Assembly (NCBI GenBank): GCA_030141605.1
Contig: JAQGDQ010000595.1
Coordinates: 29,425 to 93,424 of the forward strand
Direction of reading: 5' to 3'
Length of the DNA: 64,000 nt
Source: Tubiluchus corallicola
Lineage: Eukaryota; Animalia; Priapulida
The notes under the pieces were generated by a model, which was not told where the DNA came from, did not search any database, and saw nothing but the letters and a program-made list of their open reading frames with translations. Shown here in pieces: positions 12,359 to 26,829 of the stretch. Both the position numbers and the translations under genes were made by a program. The stretch's first letter is position 1, and every line of letters begins with the position of its first letter.

Positions 12359-15300
12359 AAGAGAGAGACCTGAATGCATCTTACCTTAACAAGTTCATCA
12401 CTTGGGTTGCCACAAAATCGTAAAGAGCAAGGCCCTCGTTCATTGGATTTCGTTTTTAAGTTGATCATCTCACATTTGTAAACCATTCCGTGTGCAAAGC
12501 CTCTTTGATATGAGGCTTTATTAATAATCATGGCATCTTCCATGTCATACCCCTTTCCAAAAGTAACACATTTAATTTTACACTACAAAGAAATACTGTT
12601 GGAATAACAAGATATTCAGGAACGTGAACAATAATTATAAAAACGTTCTAGCGGTGCCCGGTGGGACTCTCAGAAGGAGATATACGGCTCATCAGAAAGA
12701 GGAAGAATGGGGCTACACGATGATGTGGGCTATATTGTAGGGCAGGTCCACCGAGAGGAGTATCAACGAGTTAATTAGGTGTTCTATTTTCGACAATTTT
12801 CGCTTAGAAAACTGCTGACGCATGCCATTGTAGTGACGTCATCCATTATACTCTGCCTATAACTTTAATTCAGTAAAAGCTGCTTTGCGTTAGGTAAGTA
12901 AACAACGAGTAGGCAGGATGTTATGGGCTTTGTGTTATAAATGAGGACTTGGTAGGATGTTCGCGTATTATTGATTACACGTGTATTTTTACGCAAATTT
13001 TTTTGCGGGGCCTTTGCTAGTTAATAATTAAAGCTATTTGAACTAGACCATTAATTAAAATGCAAAAGTAACAAGGAATCAATAACGGATTACCCTTGCT
13101 AAAAGTAATCAGTAATGAGTAATCTGATTACAATTTTTTCGAAGTAATCAGTAACCATACCAAATTACTTTTCAAAAGTAAGGAACCCGACGCTGCCTAT
13201 GAGTGATATTAGTTATAACTTACCGTATACGAAATAACAGCAACAATGGCATTCGTTCCGGATGGATAATTATCACAGGAAAGCATCTCGTACGATTGCG
13301 GTCTCACCAACGCGGATTGGGGAAACAGCAACCGGTAAAGCTTGTTATCGGAGCGATGACCAAACGCGTGCAGTGGCGTACCCATCGTTTGCTTACCCAT
13401 CTGACACTGGTACATGTTTCTCGGACTTTGGTTGAAGTCCGGAAACGGTATGAGCGCCGCGGCATCGCTGAGTATGCAAGTTTCGCTTAATTCTTGATGT
13501 GTGGTGACACCGTGCACAGCCTCCTCGGGTTTCAAGCAGATGTTCAGATAAACTTGTTCAAACGTGCCAATCATTTCCACTGTTTTCGTGGCAAGATTTA
13601 TCACGGGTCGTACCATTCGTGCCATACTAGTAAAGAGGTATAGGGCTGGATACTGACTAGCCACCTCAGTTTTCTCTACTAAACATATTTCCATTAATCG
13701 CGGTACCTAAAAGGCAGAAGGTATATTGTTAAGGTCAGTTTCTGGTGTAGGTGGCAGCACCTATGTGAACTTACCTGTAATTTTACCTGTGAAGTTGTAA
13801 ATTAGGTTGTGCCTCGCTAAACACGCTCACAGAAGCCTCAGCAAACGTTAAACAATGTTTAGATACATTTTCAAGTAATTATTTGTAGCGTCTTTACCTG
13901 ATTTGCTGTAAACCAGTATGACGTTTCAAGGATCTATTAAGTTGTTATAGCCGCACGATGTGAGTAATATTTACTTTATTATCTTAAATTATAATAATTA
14001 GATGATTTTACATTTGTAATCTGTGAAAAGCAGTCAAATTTATTATTTTCATTTTTTTATATATACAGAAATAAAGATTTCTGAGAACACCATATGCTAT
14101 GAAGGAAATTCTTTTGTGTTCCCGTCACATATATCATAATAGACCAAACTGGCAGTTAAAAGATTGTTAATCACAATAAGATTTAATAATAAAAAAAAAC
14201 AATATTTTGCGAAACCACAGCTCAGTTCATCAGGTTACGTAAATTAGTCACACAATGTTACAATGTTAACCGCTCAATGGAAGCCCTTGCACAAGATCGC
14301 TCAGCATGGCGGAGTGCCATCACCTCGGGGGCTAAGACAGCAGAAGCGAAAAGAATTGAGGAGGCAGAGGAGAAGCGCAAGAGACGCAAGGCATGTGACA
14401 CTGCCCAACAACAGGTCCAAACACCCAGCCTCACCTGTGCCAAATGCCAAAGAAGTTTCCAGGCCAGAATTGGCCTAGTCAGTCACCTTCGAGCTCATCA
14501 AAGGAATGACAACCCCTCGAACTGACCTTTTATCCCTGTCACTATGGTCATCTTCGATTCAAAGGACAAACATCATCATCATCATCATCATCATCGTTAC
14601 AAAATGTAAAATTTTAAAACAGTAACTTTAATATAAACAAATTACATCACACAATAAAGTGGAATGGTAGAATGGTTGCCATGGTAGGTCAAAATGATAC
14701 TTATTAACTGGAGAGGAAACACTTATATTCTGCTGCCGTTTGATATGGAAGTAATTATCCAAATTTGCACATACTGCAAATGGTTGGAAATGATTCTGAA
14801 GTTACTGAAAAACCCATAAGAATGCATGTATACTGGCACAGAGAAGTGAGTAAGGGGTTATAAAAATAGTATTTTTAGTGTTTTTGAACATTTTGTTGAT
14901 ACGTTGATGCTAGAATACAAAAGTCTAATATATTTAGCATTTGTTTTCATAAAAAACAAAAAAAATTGGCATTTGTCCCAATTTTCAGTGCATTCTACTT
15001 TGAAGCACAATAATGTAGTTTTAGCTATGCCAACTTATGGATGGTTTTGGTTTGAAAGGACATATATTGTGACATCATAATAGTTCACATATAAATTTCA
15101 AAAAAAAAATACATGCAAGTTATTTCTTACCCTCTCTTGTTGTGTAACTTTAAAGTACCGCAAGATGTTGGCAAATTTTCTAGCAGCGTCATGAGCAATC
15201 CATCCAATCATCTTTCCATCTAACATTACCGGGTAATGACTAGAAAACCTTCCTAACGCAGCGTCATTTTCAAGCATCCCCAGGGAAATCAACAGTCCCG

Positions 15301-18300
15301 GAAGATGACCCGTGAAAACTTGAACATTTGCAATCTGGGCTAATACTGCCAAGTGGTTGAGCAGACCGCACGGAGCTCCGTCTGGTGTGTGAACAGGGCA
15401 TAAAAAACCCCACGCTTCGGGAAGTAGCTTACGTACAGCGGTCGTGCGCATCTCGGCAAAAAATGCTCCACGGTGGACGCTACGAAAATGAGACAAGTAA
15501 CGCATGAAGTTGAGTTTATCGGCTACCACTGCAAATCCTGTAGTCTGCATGAGACCCAAACCTGTCTTAGACACAAGGTTTCCAGTAGAGATAAGATAGT
15601 CCATTGCACGAGTTATATCAGCCACCTTTCCTAATGCATCAGTCATTAGTTCTGAAAAATGACAAAAATGTATCGGGGTATGATGGTATTTTATAATAAC
15701 GTAGGCAGCTAAGGTCACAATTTATGTTGTGTTTTGTTTCTCTCGGAAGGCTCGTAGAGAAAACCAGAAAACACTTCATCACATTAAACTACTTTATTAA
15801 GAGAGAATTCTACAACAAAAAACGTATGAAAGAACACGAAATGATTACACTAAACATGAAAATCTGGAAAACGTTTGAGTGTATCTGAAAATACAGGTAT
15901 ATAAGAGAATGTGTAAGTGGCGTCTGTGTGAATCTGCTTGTGTTCCAGTCTCAGCGGCCTGCTTCGCCTTATATAGCGCCCCCGAGAAGCTTCCAGAAGT
16001 TTTGTTCCAGAACATTCTACACGGTAACACGATCATGCCAGTGGAACATTCTACAATGTTCTATGCTATTTTAAAATATGCCAGCGATCTCAACAACAAT
16101 TGACCGTATTTATTCGAGTATAACGCGCACTCCTAATTTTCGATTAAAAATCGGTATAAAATTTTGTTTCACTTTTTCTCGGCTCAGACCAACATTGTAA
16201 GTGACAAACGTTGTTGAACAACTCCAGTCTCTAACATTCATCTCTGGTACAGTGAATTCTCGGCTAGCTGCTCGATTTCCGTGGGCCAGGCACCGTCTAG
16301 ACATTGCACCGTCTGACAAAGTCTGCTGATATTGATACATCTAAGCGTGTCAACCCAGCCCTCGTTTATAATGCGCACCCATACTTTGAGTTCTTTTGTA
16401 GGTAGAAAATTTTGCGCATTATACTCGAATAAATACGGTACATTACATTAAGTAGAAATTAATACATACTTTACGTGATGGGTAGAGTATATTTCACAAA
16501 GGGTTTGCTCAGTGATTTGCTTAGCCTTTTTGAGTAGTGCAAGTTTTGATGAGTTTAATCCTTACAATAATAAATTTGCAAAAAAACACGCATAACAAAA
16601 GTAGTTACACATCCAAGCTAAATTAATGCACACACTCAGTCTTTGAATAAGAAATAAAAATAAGAATTTATAAAATTTGAAACACGAATTTTGAAAAGCT
16701 TTGCAAAGTATTCTTAGCAGTAACTACAAAAACGGTTATACGTTGGCGAATTTCTGGAATTTTTAGTGATACCCATGCAATGTCAATAGTCAAAAAATCC
16801 AAACAAGATTAATATACTAGCATAGGGGTGTGCAAATTATCTGACTAGCCGGGCCACATTAAACTTTCCCGCAATTCCTGCGGGCCACAGGCAGTTTGAT
16901 CAAGGAGCCAAGTACAGAAAAGCTTAATAACGATTTTTTTTGTATCCGACCTGCGTACATCATTACTACTACACTCAAGAAACTATTTTAGAAGTTATTA
17001 AAATTTATATTACAAGCCTATATTTCTACTTTCAGGACAGATAGTGGTAATTTCATTACAATGCATATTAGTAATGTGTATCACACAGTCTGTGTAGTAC
17101 AGTGACATTAAGCTACAACCATCTTGTAAGGGTTAATGGCATCCGATCTAGTAGAAAAAACTACCCGCGCTATCTTTGGGATCGTGGCACGGACTTCAGC
17201 TGGATACACTCAATTAATCGCCCGGGCCGCACTTTCATTAGGTTGACAAATCTCTTCGCGGGCCGCACAAATTCTCTCGACGGGCCGCAATTTGCACATC
17301 CCTGTACTAGCAAAACAAAGTGCCATCCATCAAAATGACTGCAATAAAGATATTGTTACGGAGGCACCTGTGTCGAGTCAGGTGTAGGGCCCTCTACACG
17401 CCCTGCTTCCACGTCAGCAGCGACTCACCCCTTTCTTGTAGGTCCAGACGTCTTGTTTAGGCCTACACGTGGTGTGAGAAGCCAGCTGACCTGGAATGCC
17501 AGCATAAAAGCGTGTAGAGGTCACTACAGCCGGGATTTCTGACACAGGTGCTCCTCGGGTGTAGTGCTGTTACTAGTGTAGAGTTAGTTAGTTATTTTTG
17601 TGCACATGTATTTTTGGTTCCTTAATTTTAGTAGTGCTGTTAATAAACTCCGTACAGTGTAGTTTTTGTGTATTTTGTCTTATGAGAGTTGGATGACACA
17701 CTATAACAGGTATAAGGTACTAGTTTGCAGACATTAATTTAGCTAATTAACATTAAGATTTGTAATTAAGTATTGGTTGCACAACGATTATAAAATGGAT
17801 CTTCATGATGCGAAATATCAGGACCGCCATGCCATCTTGGAGTTCGACCACCTGGGTCGAATTCAGTCCAATATTAATTACAAAAGAAAGTAAGATTCGT
17901 TACAATGTTTATTAAAACTTACTTGGAGTTAGGCTGACATTTTCAGTTTTTCCTCTTGTGGAGATGATTTTTTTAATACTTAATTGCAAAGCTTGCAACC
18001 ATCCTTCTACTTTTTCCTGCACAAAAATATCAACTAGGATCATTAATTTCATGTTGAATATTAGAGAACACTAGATTTTTTCATAGTGAGAAATACCATA
18101 GAATTAACTACAGTATAGTATTAAGTACAACTATTTGTGTTAACTGCAAAACATAACATTTATTTTAAAGACTTACACTTTAGATACACAGTAAAAAAGC
18201 TAGAATCTAAACACTTTTGTCTATCTTGCAGAGTTACACTTGTGGAACACTCGTATATCTATACACTTGTGTTATAGTTTCTACTAGAGTTCAGCTAATT

Positions 18301-21300
18301 TGTGAAGCAGCACACATTTGTTGATAGTAACAATCACTTTACAGGAAGGCAGGATAATTTTTCACATACAACTCTATTTTCAAGTCTGATAAAAAGGATA
18401 CATTTGACCACAATTAATACTGAAAAAGTATTTCTGATAATTAAATAATAAATTAAAAACTTAATTACAGCGGGCGAGCCCAACTATTTATGACATCACG
18501 AACTAACATAATTTTTGACAGCAAAAATATTCCATGAGCGTGTTGCACGTGTTTGCGAAAGCGAAAATTGAAGCACAGTGCTACTGTGAGACATTCGGTG
18601 TGTTGTACTAAAACTAGGCAAGTTTTAAGATAAAAATTCAAATTTCAAATTTACTGCTGTACTCACGCATGAGCTGTCAAATGTGTGGAGTTCGTGTCAC
18701 ATCTGAACTGAGAGGTACAGCACCTGTTTTTTGTGCAATGCATTTCCGAAAAGCAGGCGCTAGTGCCTGTCTAATTAGCGAATGGTGAAATGCATGTAAC
18801 AGCAAAGAACAAGTGGCGTGAACGTGAAACTGTGTTTGCATGGTAATAATTATTTCACGTAAGTCATTTTTGAAAAAATAGCATGATTCATTTCAACATT
18901 TTAAATTGTTTGTAGATTGTTTTAACCGAGAGTTTAAGATTGAGTCCGCTTTTGCTTTAAAACACAAGAACCATCAGGAAATTATATGACACAACGTTTA
19001 AGCCACAAAATATCATAAAATATTATATATTTAGGTTTACGTTTGAGAAGTAAACAACCAACGACAATGGTCATTAACTGGTCAGCTGGAAATAAAAAAC
19101 ATTTATAAAAAGTAGGTACAACATTAAATTTCACTGGTGCCCAAATGTCACATATCCAAACAAAACGTCTATATGTCATACATACATGTCATACAAATGT
19201 GTATAACAAATGTATATACAAAATTGTCTATATGTCATACAAACAAAACGTCATACATGTCTATATTTGCACAGACATGTATGAATTAATATTTAGACGA
19301 TGCACCTCATTATAATACCAAACTCATTTAATGATTTGATGACAACTTTTTCTGAAGTCCTAAAGTGGACATCATAAAGAGGTTTGACTGTAGTGCTTTT
19401 AATATCAACCTTTTTGGTACCAGCTTGTGTAAGAGTAAGAGAAATTCAAATTGCAACTAAACCATATTAAAAAAGCAAAAGTGAAACAACTGCATTTTAT
19501 TTATTACCTTGAGAACCATAAGGAACAGATGCCCGGATAACAAAACCTCCTGGTTGGCTGGGTTATCAGCACTTTCAGCACAGCATTCATTGTGAGCCAA
19601 AGCAAAAAGTTTCCTCGTCATGAAAACTAACACATCAAACTTTTCCCGGTTCGACTTTAGATGTATGCAAATACACGAGCTGGAAAATAATCATTTCTGC
19701 TAGAAAAACATGACAGACAAGTGCCAACAGTCATAAACATACAGACGTGAATTTTATTGGTCTGTGTCCAAATGTTAAAAAATTGTTTCATACACTATTG
19801 AAGTTAAATGATGTTACATTGATAATTAAATATGAGAAACTGTAGATTATAAAAGAAAAGCATATTAAAATTACGTCATAAATTCAGTGGCGGCTCGTAG
19901 CTAAAATCAAAAGGGGTGCTGCTTCAGAAAATTTTTAGCCATTGTTTTAATACTGTCTAAAAAGAAACAAACATGTGTAATTTTAATGTTGTACTTCGTA
20001 ATTGTAATTTTAACCAAACAAACATACGAAAGTTTATACATTAACTTGATAAGATCCTGAACAAAAAAATTTGCTCACTAATAGCCTAAATTGTTACAGT
20101 TCAAACTTGATTCATTCACGGTAAGCATGTGACAACTGCAAACAAACTGTGTGAGCGACAATACTTTCTCTGCCTGGGCTCAGACACGGCCGCATGCGCA
20201 CAACAGTGAAACACCACGTTGCTGGAGAACACTGTGTGAGTGACAGTACTTTCTCTACCTGGGCTCAGACATGCGCTACACATGGCCGCATGTGCACAAC
20301 AGCCAAACACCGCGTTCCTGGAGCGCACGGTGCTGGGCTGTGAATACACTCATATGCTGTGGTTCTGCACAAGTATAAAAAAGAACTAAAGAAAATGCAC
20401 TTATTATATGGAATATTATCAATAATACTGAGTGAATATAGGGGGTGCTGCAGTTCCACAGGAACCATACATGAGTCACCACTGGAAAAATTCATATTGA
20501 TGATTGTGATTTAGTGAATGACCTTCAAACATTCAAAAATGATTGCAAATTTTGGACCTTGGCAAAAATTTGTAAATTGCTGATCAATTTGGTGACATAA
20601 TTGTTGTCACAAGTAAACTTCCGTTTTCCGTGCAAAAGTAAAGATATCTGCTGATTCTTTCCATCAAATTGGCAGCCAGGCCCGTACGATAAAATACATC
20701 ATACGATAAAAGGACAGGAAAAGGGGTACCTGAAGTAAGTTTAAATTATCTATAAAATAGATAATCTAATAGATAATAAAGCAACTATCAGCAACTATAA
20801 GAAGGTGCTACAGTTGGACAACAAGAAGCTCTTTTTAGTTGATTTTATTTTGTTGTTCTTAACTAAACTTTTAAAGAAACATTAAATTTGCATCAACTCG
20901 CCTTGATGTGATATGAAACTATTACCTTAGCAAGTAATGCCCTGCTTGTGTGTCGGTGTAAAAGGAGGGAACTTGCATCTGAACACGAAATGCGTTTCCT
21001 ATGTAACGTACTAGCTCAGCCTGTCTGGTAGAGTAGATTTCCTGAGCTTGTCTCAACATTGAAGACATGCAACTAACAAGGAGATAAACATAATGTAACA
21101 TTCAGAATTAATGTAATGGATAATGTTTGTTCTTAATCAATAAGCCTAGAAATAATGAAGTTGAACTCAAATCAAAACGTATTTAACTCCTGTTGTTGAT
21201 TAATAGCATTATTAACCCAAAGTGTTTTTATCATTTCATAACAATTTTGACCTGTATTTCACATAAAATCTACATGCAATTTTTAGTTTAATCAAGATTG

Positions 21301-24300
21301 ACCTTATTTTGTTGCCCGCTAATTAAACTACATGTATATTCTTTTCTCTGGATTATATAGAAAATGTCATACTTTTAAAATTACAAATGTTTCCTAAATT
21401 AAACTGATAACATTAATGCCCACCAGTGTCTAAAAATCTTTTTATCTATATTCGGTAAAGGATAGCAGACTAGGTGACTTTATAGTCTTTTTGCTATCAT
21501 TTCTCTAGTTCTAGATCTATCTATACATTTTAACCATTTTTCAAAACTTATTAGAGATTCTTTTATTAATCATGTTTTATTGTAACACTATAAAGAGATA
21601 AATAAATTGAAACTGAATTGAATTGATACAATAGGAATATTGAGCTTATCACTAATGTTATAGGTACCATTAACAAGCACAGTCAATAAGAAACTTGCAA
21701 TCTGTTTTAAAGCACAAGAAAAGGAATACCTGAAGTTTCAGAAAAAATGCCTTAAATATTATACTACTTTACAGAAATTTGCAGGTTTTTTAGCTGGTTC
21801 TATGGCTTGCTGAAGAGCTATCTTCACTGGAATATCATCAGGTAGTCTAAGCATATGCCCAATCCATCTTAAACTATCTTGGGCATATGCTTAGTCTGGT
21901 ACACTTAACCTTTGACCTTTTCACGATCACCATCAATTGTTGGAACTGTGAAAAAATTTATTGCTTTATAAATGCCTTGAAGTCAATGTCTTTAGGACGA
22001 AGATGTTGTTTACTATACATATGAGTGAAAGCCAGTGCGAAACCCCCTATCCTCGTGGAACGCCGGGGCAACTGCCCAGCGTACCCATGCGTTAAGAATG
22101 CTCTGCATCTATCTGGGTCCCAGGATCCCCTGTTTCTGCAAATGTGAAAGCGTAAAGAGCCATATTTTTACTGCCCGCCTGATTTATGTACACCGCACAA
22201 GAGCGATTCATCAAGCGCACATGACATACGTAAGTAGGGGAGACCCGGGTAAAGTGGATCACTGGGCAAAGCGGATCAAATGTGTTAGCTCTTTTTTCCG
22301 TAAGGCGTCGCGATCTACGCACTGTGCGATGTTACGTCATCATCTACTGTGTACTCTGCATAAACGACCTCGACCTTTGCAAAGTTTGTCTAAGCGCGGT
22401 ACACAAACGTAAGTTTTTCACCCACTTTCTTGCGATTTTTCACTTTTATAGATCATGATGATAAATTCCACTTAGTGCAGATTTATTCGCTACCGTTTTT
22501 ACATATCATGGATGGTTCATTGCTGCTTCGTATCGATTTACTTTTGCAAAATAGACAAAATAGATTTAAAAGATATTGTTAGTTATGTTGAACTCAACCG
22601 CTCCGGTATGATCCACTATGCCCGTAAAAGATCCACTTTGCCCTAGAAATTTTGGTTTCGTATTTCGGAATTATCTGTTAAACGAGTAATAGTAATTATA
22701 AGTTTTTACCACATGAATATAGCAAAGTTTCCTACGGAAGAATAGGGCATGTAATTGATTGTTACAGATCAAACATTTTGAACTCTATGAGGGAAAACCC
22801 TTAAGTGATCCACTTTACCCGGGTCTCCCCTATTCTAGATGAAAACCAATATTTTGGTATATTTAAGGTTGCGCATGTAAGTGTTCGAACATAATAACTA
22901 CAAATGCACATATGACAGTCATACATCACTGTGCACTCTTGATGAATCGTAATAAAAGATTTACACGGACGTATCTCACACAAAATTGACATTCGGCACT
23001 TAAGTGTTACTGACGAATTGAAACATTTTAAAATACTTGAAACATCTACCTTTTGTAAAACGAATCGTCTTCCTTGCCTTTAATAAGCTCGTTGTAAATT
23101 TCCAAGTCGGTAACGTCAACTAAGGCCTGGCAAACAAACAATTAAAAAAGAACTGCACTCACATATTGGTTTGCGGGACATTGCTTTTATGGATATCGGA
23201 GAAATCAGAAAAAATCTCAACCGTTAAAGGTCCTGCATACTACGGATACAGTCCATTATTTCGTGAGATGACCGCTAGATGGCGGGCCATCTCACTTTGT
23301 TTACATAATTACATCGGTGTATGCAAGAAGTACGTAACGACACGTATATGTTGTATGTCAGGAGCGGCCAGACGTTTTTGAGACAATAAGGTGATTTTAC
23401 ATTACCGTGAGCCTAATACACAGCGCCTACTGTATTAGCGTAGTTTGTTATATCATTAATTGTTATTTGTGTTATTGTTGTGTTTCATGATTTATTGTAT
23501 TATTTGTATTAATTTGTGATGTGTATATGAACTTTGTGAAGTTTGAAATAAAATATTAAATCTAATTCTAAATCTAAATTAGCTTAGTATCAGTAAATAC
23601 GGACAACTGGCAAATTTCGACCGACGTCTCCCCACTTTTGTCCGGCAAACCGAGATATGAGTGTAATGCAGCGAGTGATAATAAATTAAAATACAGCCTA
23701 TCTGATGACAATAACGAAGAAATACAACTATCTGTAAAGTAATAAAATGCTTATAAACAGAATACCAGTTATCCATTAAAGTACAGAAGATGCGGAACAT
23801 GTCTGAACATATGAATACGAATACAACATTAATTTTGTCAGTATCGCCAACAAAAAATATACAGGTCACTGCATCTGTTTCTGCAAGTAGGGCATTTCAA
23901 TGCACTCAGTTATTAAATTAAATAAGTTATTAAATTATATAATCCCCTATTAACATAGTTTAAAAAATAAACCACACATTCTTGTCCCACACATTTAACA
24001 AACAAAATTAAAACTTGCTGTGACATAAATGCTAAAAAAATTGATTTCGCTTGCAGGATGAATCCAAGTCAGTGGATTTGTTATTAATGAATAAGCCTAG
24101 AAATAATGAAGTTGAACTCAAATCAAAATGTATTCAACTCCTGTTGTTGATTAATTGCATTATTAACCCAAAGTGTTTTTATCATTTCATAACAATTTTG
24201 ACCTGTATTTCACATAAAATCTAAGTGCAATTTTTAGTTTAATCAAGATTGACCTTATTTTGTTGCCCGCTAATTAAACTGCATGTATATTCTTTTCTCT

Positions 24301-26778
24301 GGATTATAGAGCAAATGTCATAATTTTAAAAATTACTAACGTTTTCTAAATTAAACTGATAACATTAATGCCCACCAGTATGTAAAAATCTTTTTATCTA
24401 TATTCGGTAAAGGATAGCAGACTAGGTGACTTTATGGTCTTTTCGCTATCCTTTCTCTAGTTCTAGATCTATCTATACATTTTAACCATTTTTCAAAACT
24501 TGTTTGCGATTCTTTTATTAATCATGTTTTATTGTAACACTATAAAGAGATAAATAAATTGAAATTGAATTGAATTGAAATAATTATGTTGAAATTAAAA
24601 TAAAATATTTATTTATGGTGTGTTCATAATATACTATTCAGTAATCTGTTTTGTTTAATTTGTTTAGTCATTATACTTATACACTAATGTAATATATATA
24701 TATATATATATATGTTTACTTGCAAACCAAAACCGTACATAAGTCGGCATAGTTAAAACTATGTTATGATGCTTCAAAGTAGAATGCATCAAAAATTTGT
24801 CAAATGTCAATTTTTTTGCTTTTTATTTATTTGCCTTTTCTATTCCAGCATCAAATTATCAAGAAATTGTTAAAAAAATACGAAAAATTTAACCTTATAA
24901 CCCCGTACCAACTTCTCTAGCTAGAAACTAGTACTGCAATTGTAAAGAACTTGTATTTTCATACTCCAATAGTAGCTCGTTTTGCTTTGGGTTATTTCTG
25001 TTGCCAAGCTCAGATCTTTGTCAGGAAAAGACATCTACTGGATTTAAACATAACTTCAAAGTGTTCTTGCAAAGTCAGTAATAACCAATATTTGTGCAGT
25101 TGCTAAGTGTTTTGTAGAAACACGACAAAAAAAAATAGCTGACTTTAACAGCGATTTTCTCAAGATTATGTTTTTCAGTGTGAAGCCTGCACCTCATCTT
25201 GGACATGGATTATCTCAGCTTAGAAATAACATACAGCGATGAGTTTGGTATCAAAACGAAGTAGAGATTCAGGGTAAGTGTATAACTAGAAAAGTTTAAA
25301 TGTCGACTTATGGCAGGGATGAGAATGACAAATTGCAAAAAACTCTGAAACAGGCCGGGAGTTTTGGGGCCTCCTAGGTCCCCAATGGGGTTGCGGGGCA
25401 AAGCCCCCTTGGAGCCAGCAAAATATTGCTATTTTGTGACCATAAAGTTTAAAGAGAGTCTAAGTGGACTTAAAAGATCAATTACCTAGTGTCATGCATA
25501 ATTTAAAATAGCCAACTATCAAGGATACATGATACCTAATTGTATCAAAAACACCTAAGTACTGGCCTCTGCTATGCAAAAGTATATAAAGACAGTCTGC
25601 AATTGACTCAAATAACTCCGCACAATTGATTCTATATTTTTATACATAGAGATATACACATGGTTACATTGATGTACGTGATGTAAACAAAGTGACGGCC
25701 TGCCAACTAGCGGTCAGCTTGTGAAATAATGTACTGGGTCCGTAAAAATTTTCTCAACGAATTTACGTGATTTACAAAAATGGCACTACTGGTCTTCCAA
25801 AAACTCTGAATTCCGCGTATCCACGGAAAATTCTCATCCCTGCTTATGGGCAATTTTGCTATGCAAGCACACATATATTAATATCATATATATACATCAA
25901 AAAGTCAAAAAAAGAAGAAACCATATACCTTTAAGATTACTACGAGTGGTGCAAAGAACATTTGTTTTTGAAAGAAGAAACACAGATTGGCTGAACCATC
26001 TAGTAAGTAATGTAACACCATATTCTGAAAATCAAGACGAAATTACAACATAACTACTGTATGTTATAATAACTTAGCAATTTTTAATAATATCTCAGTT
26101 AAACCAACAAGCTGTTTTTACCATTTAATAATACAGGATTAGTGGATTAGTTGCTGAGCAATTTCCACATCAATACTACAATGATTAGAATTATTACACA
26201 GAAAATGTTTGGAAATAAAAGTTTTCACATTGATGCAGAGGCCTAAAACAGCATCACCATTTTGTAGAACAAGATGTAATAATGAAATTTACTAGTTATT
26301 CTGAAATAGAATAGGCTGAGTGTAATAGGAACAGCCTTCCTCTATGGTAATTCTGAAAGAAAATAAGGCTGAAAGTGTATTAAGAGCACACTAATAGCAG
26401 CCTTCCCCTTTGTATTTCTACCAATGGGTTGCATTTTCAAATGCGAGCTAAAATGTCATTTCCAACCAACATTCCTTGTCACTTCCACTTGTCACTAAAA
26501 ATATGTCAATTTTTACATTTCTATAGTTCACGTTACTTCGTACAGATACCATCACATCTTTCTCCTCTTTCTATTCTCTATTAACCTTTCTTTCTACTCC
26601 TTTACTGCTCTTTTCTATTACACTCAGTCCACATTCATTTGGGGTGCTCTAAACAAGTAATTACTTCTTGAGTACCCCACGGGTCATTTGCGGCTTGGCA
26701 TCTTGTGTACATGATAATAAATATATTATTAAATACTTTTACGTACAATGCTGTAATGATCGTTGTGGATATATTTAA

Positions 26779-26829
<51 letters not shown>

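Noticed and set aside
12023-12543. Ser-Leu repeat ORFs
   Set aside because: Translation of the (GA)n microsatellite; the real exon 15 ends at the donor at 12385.
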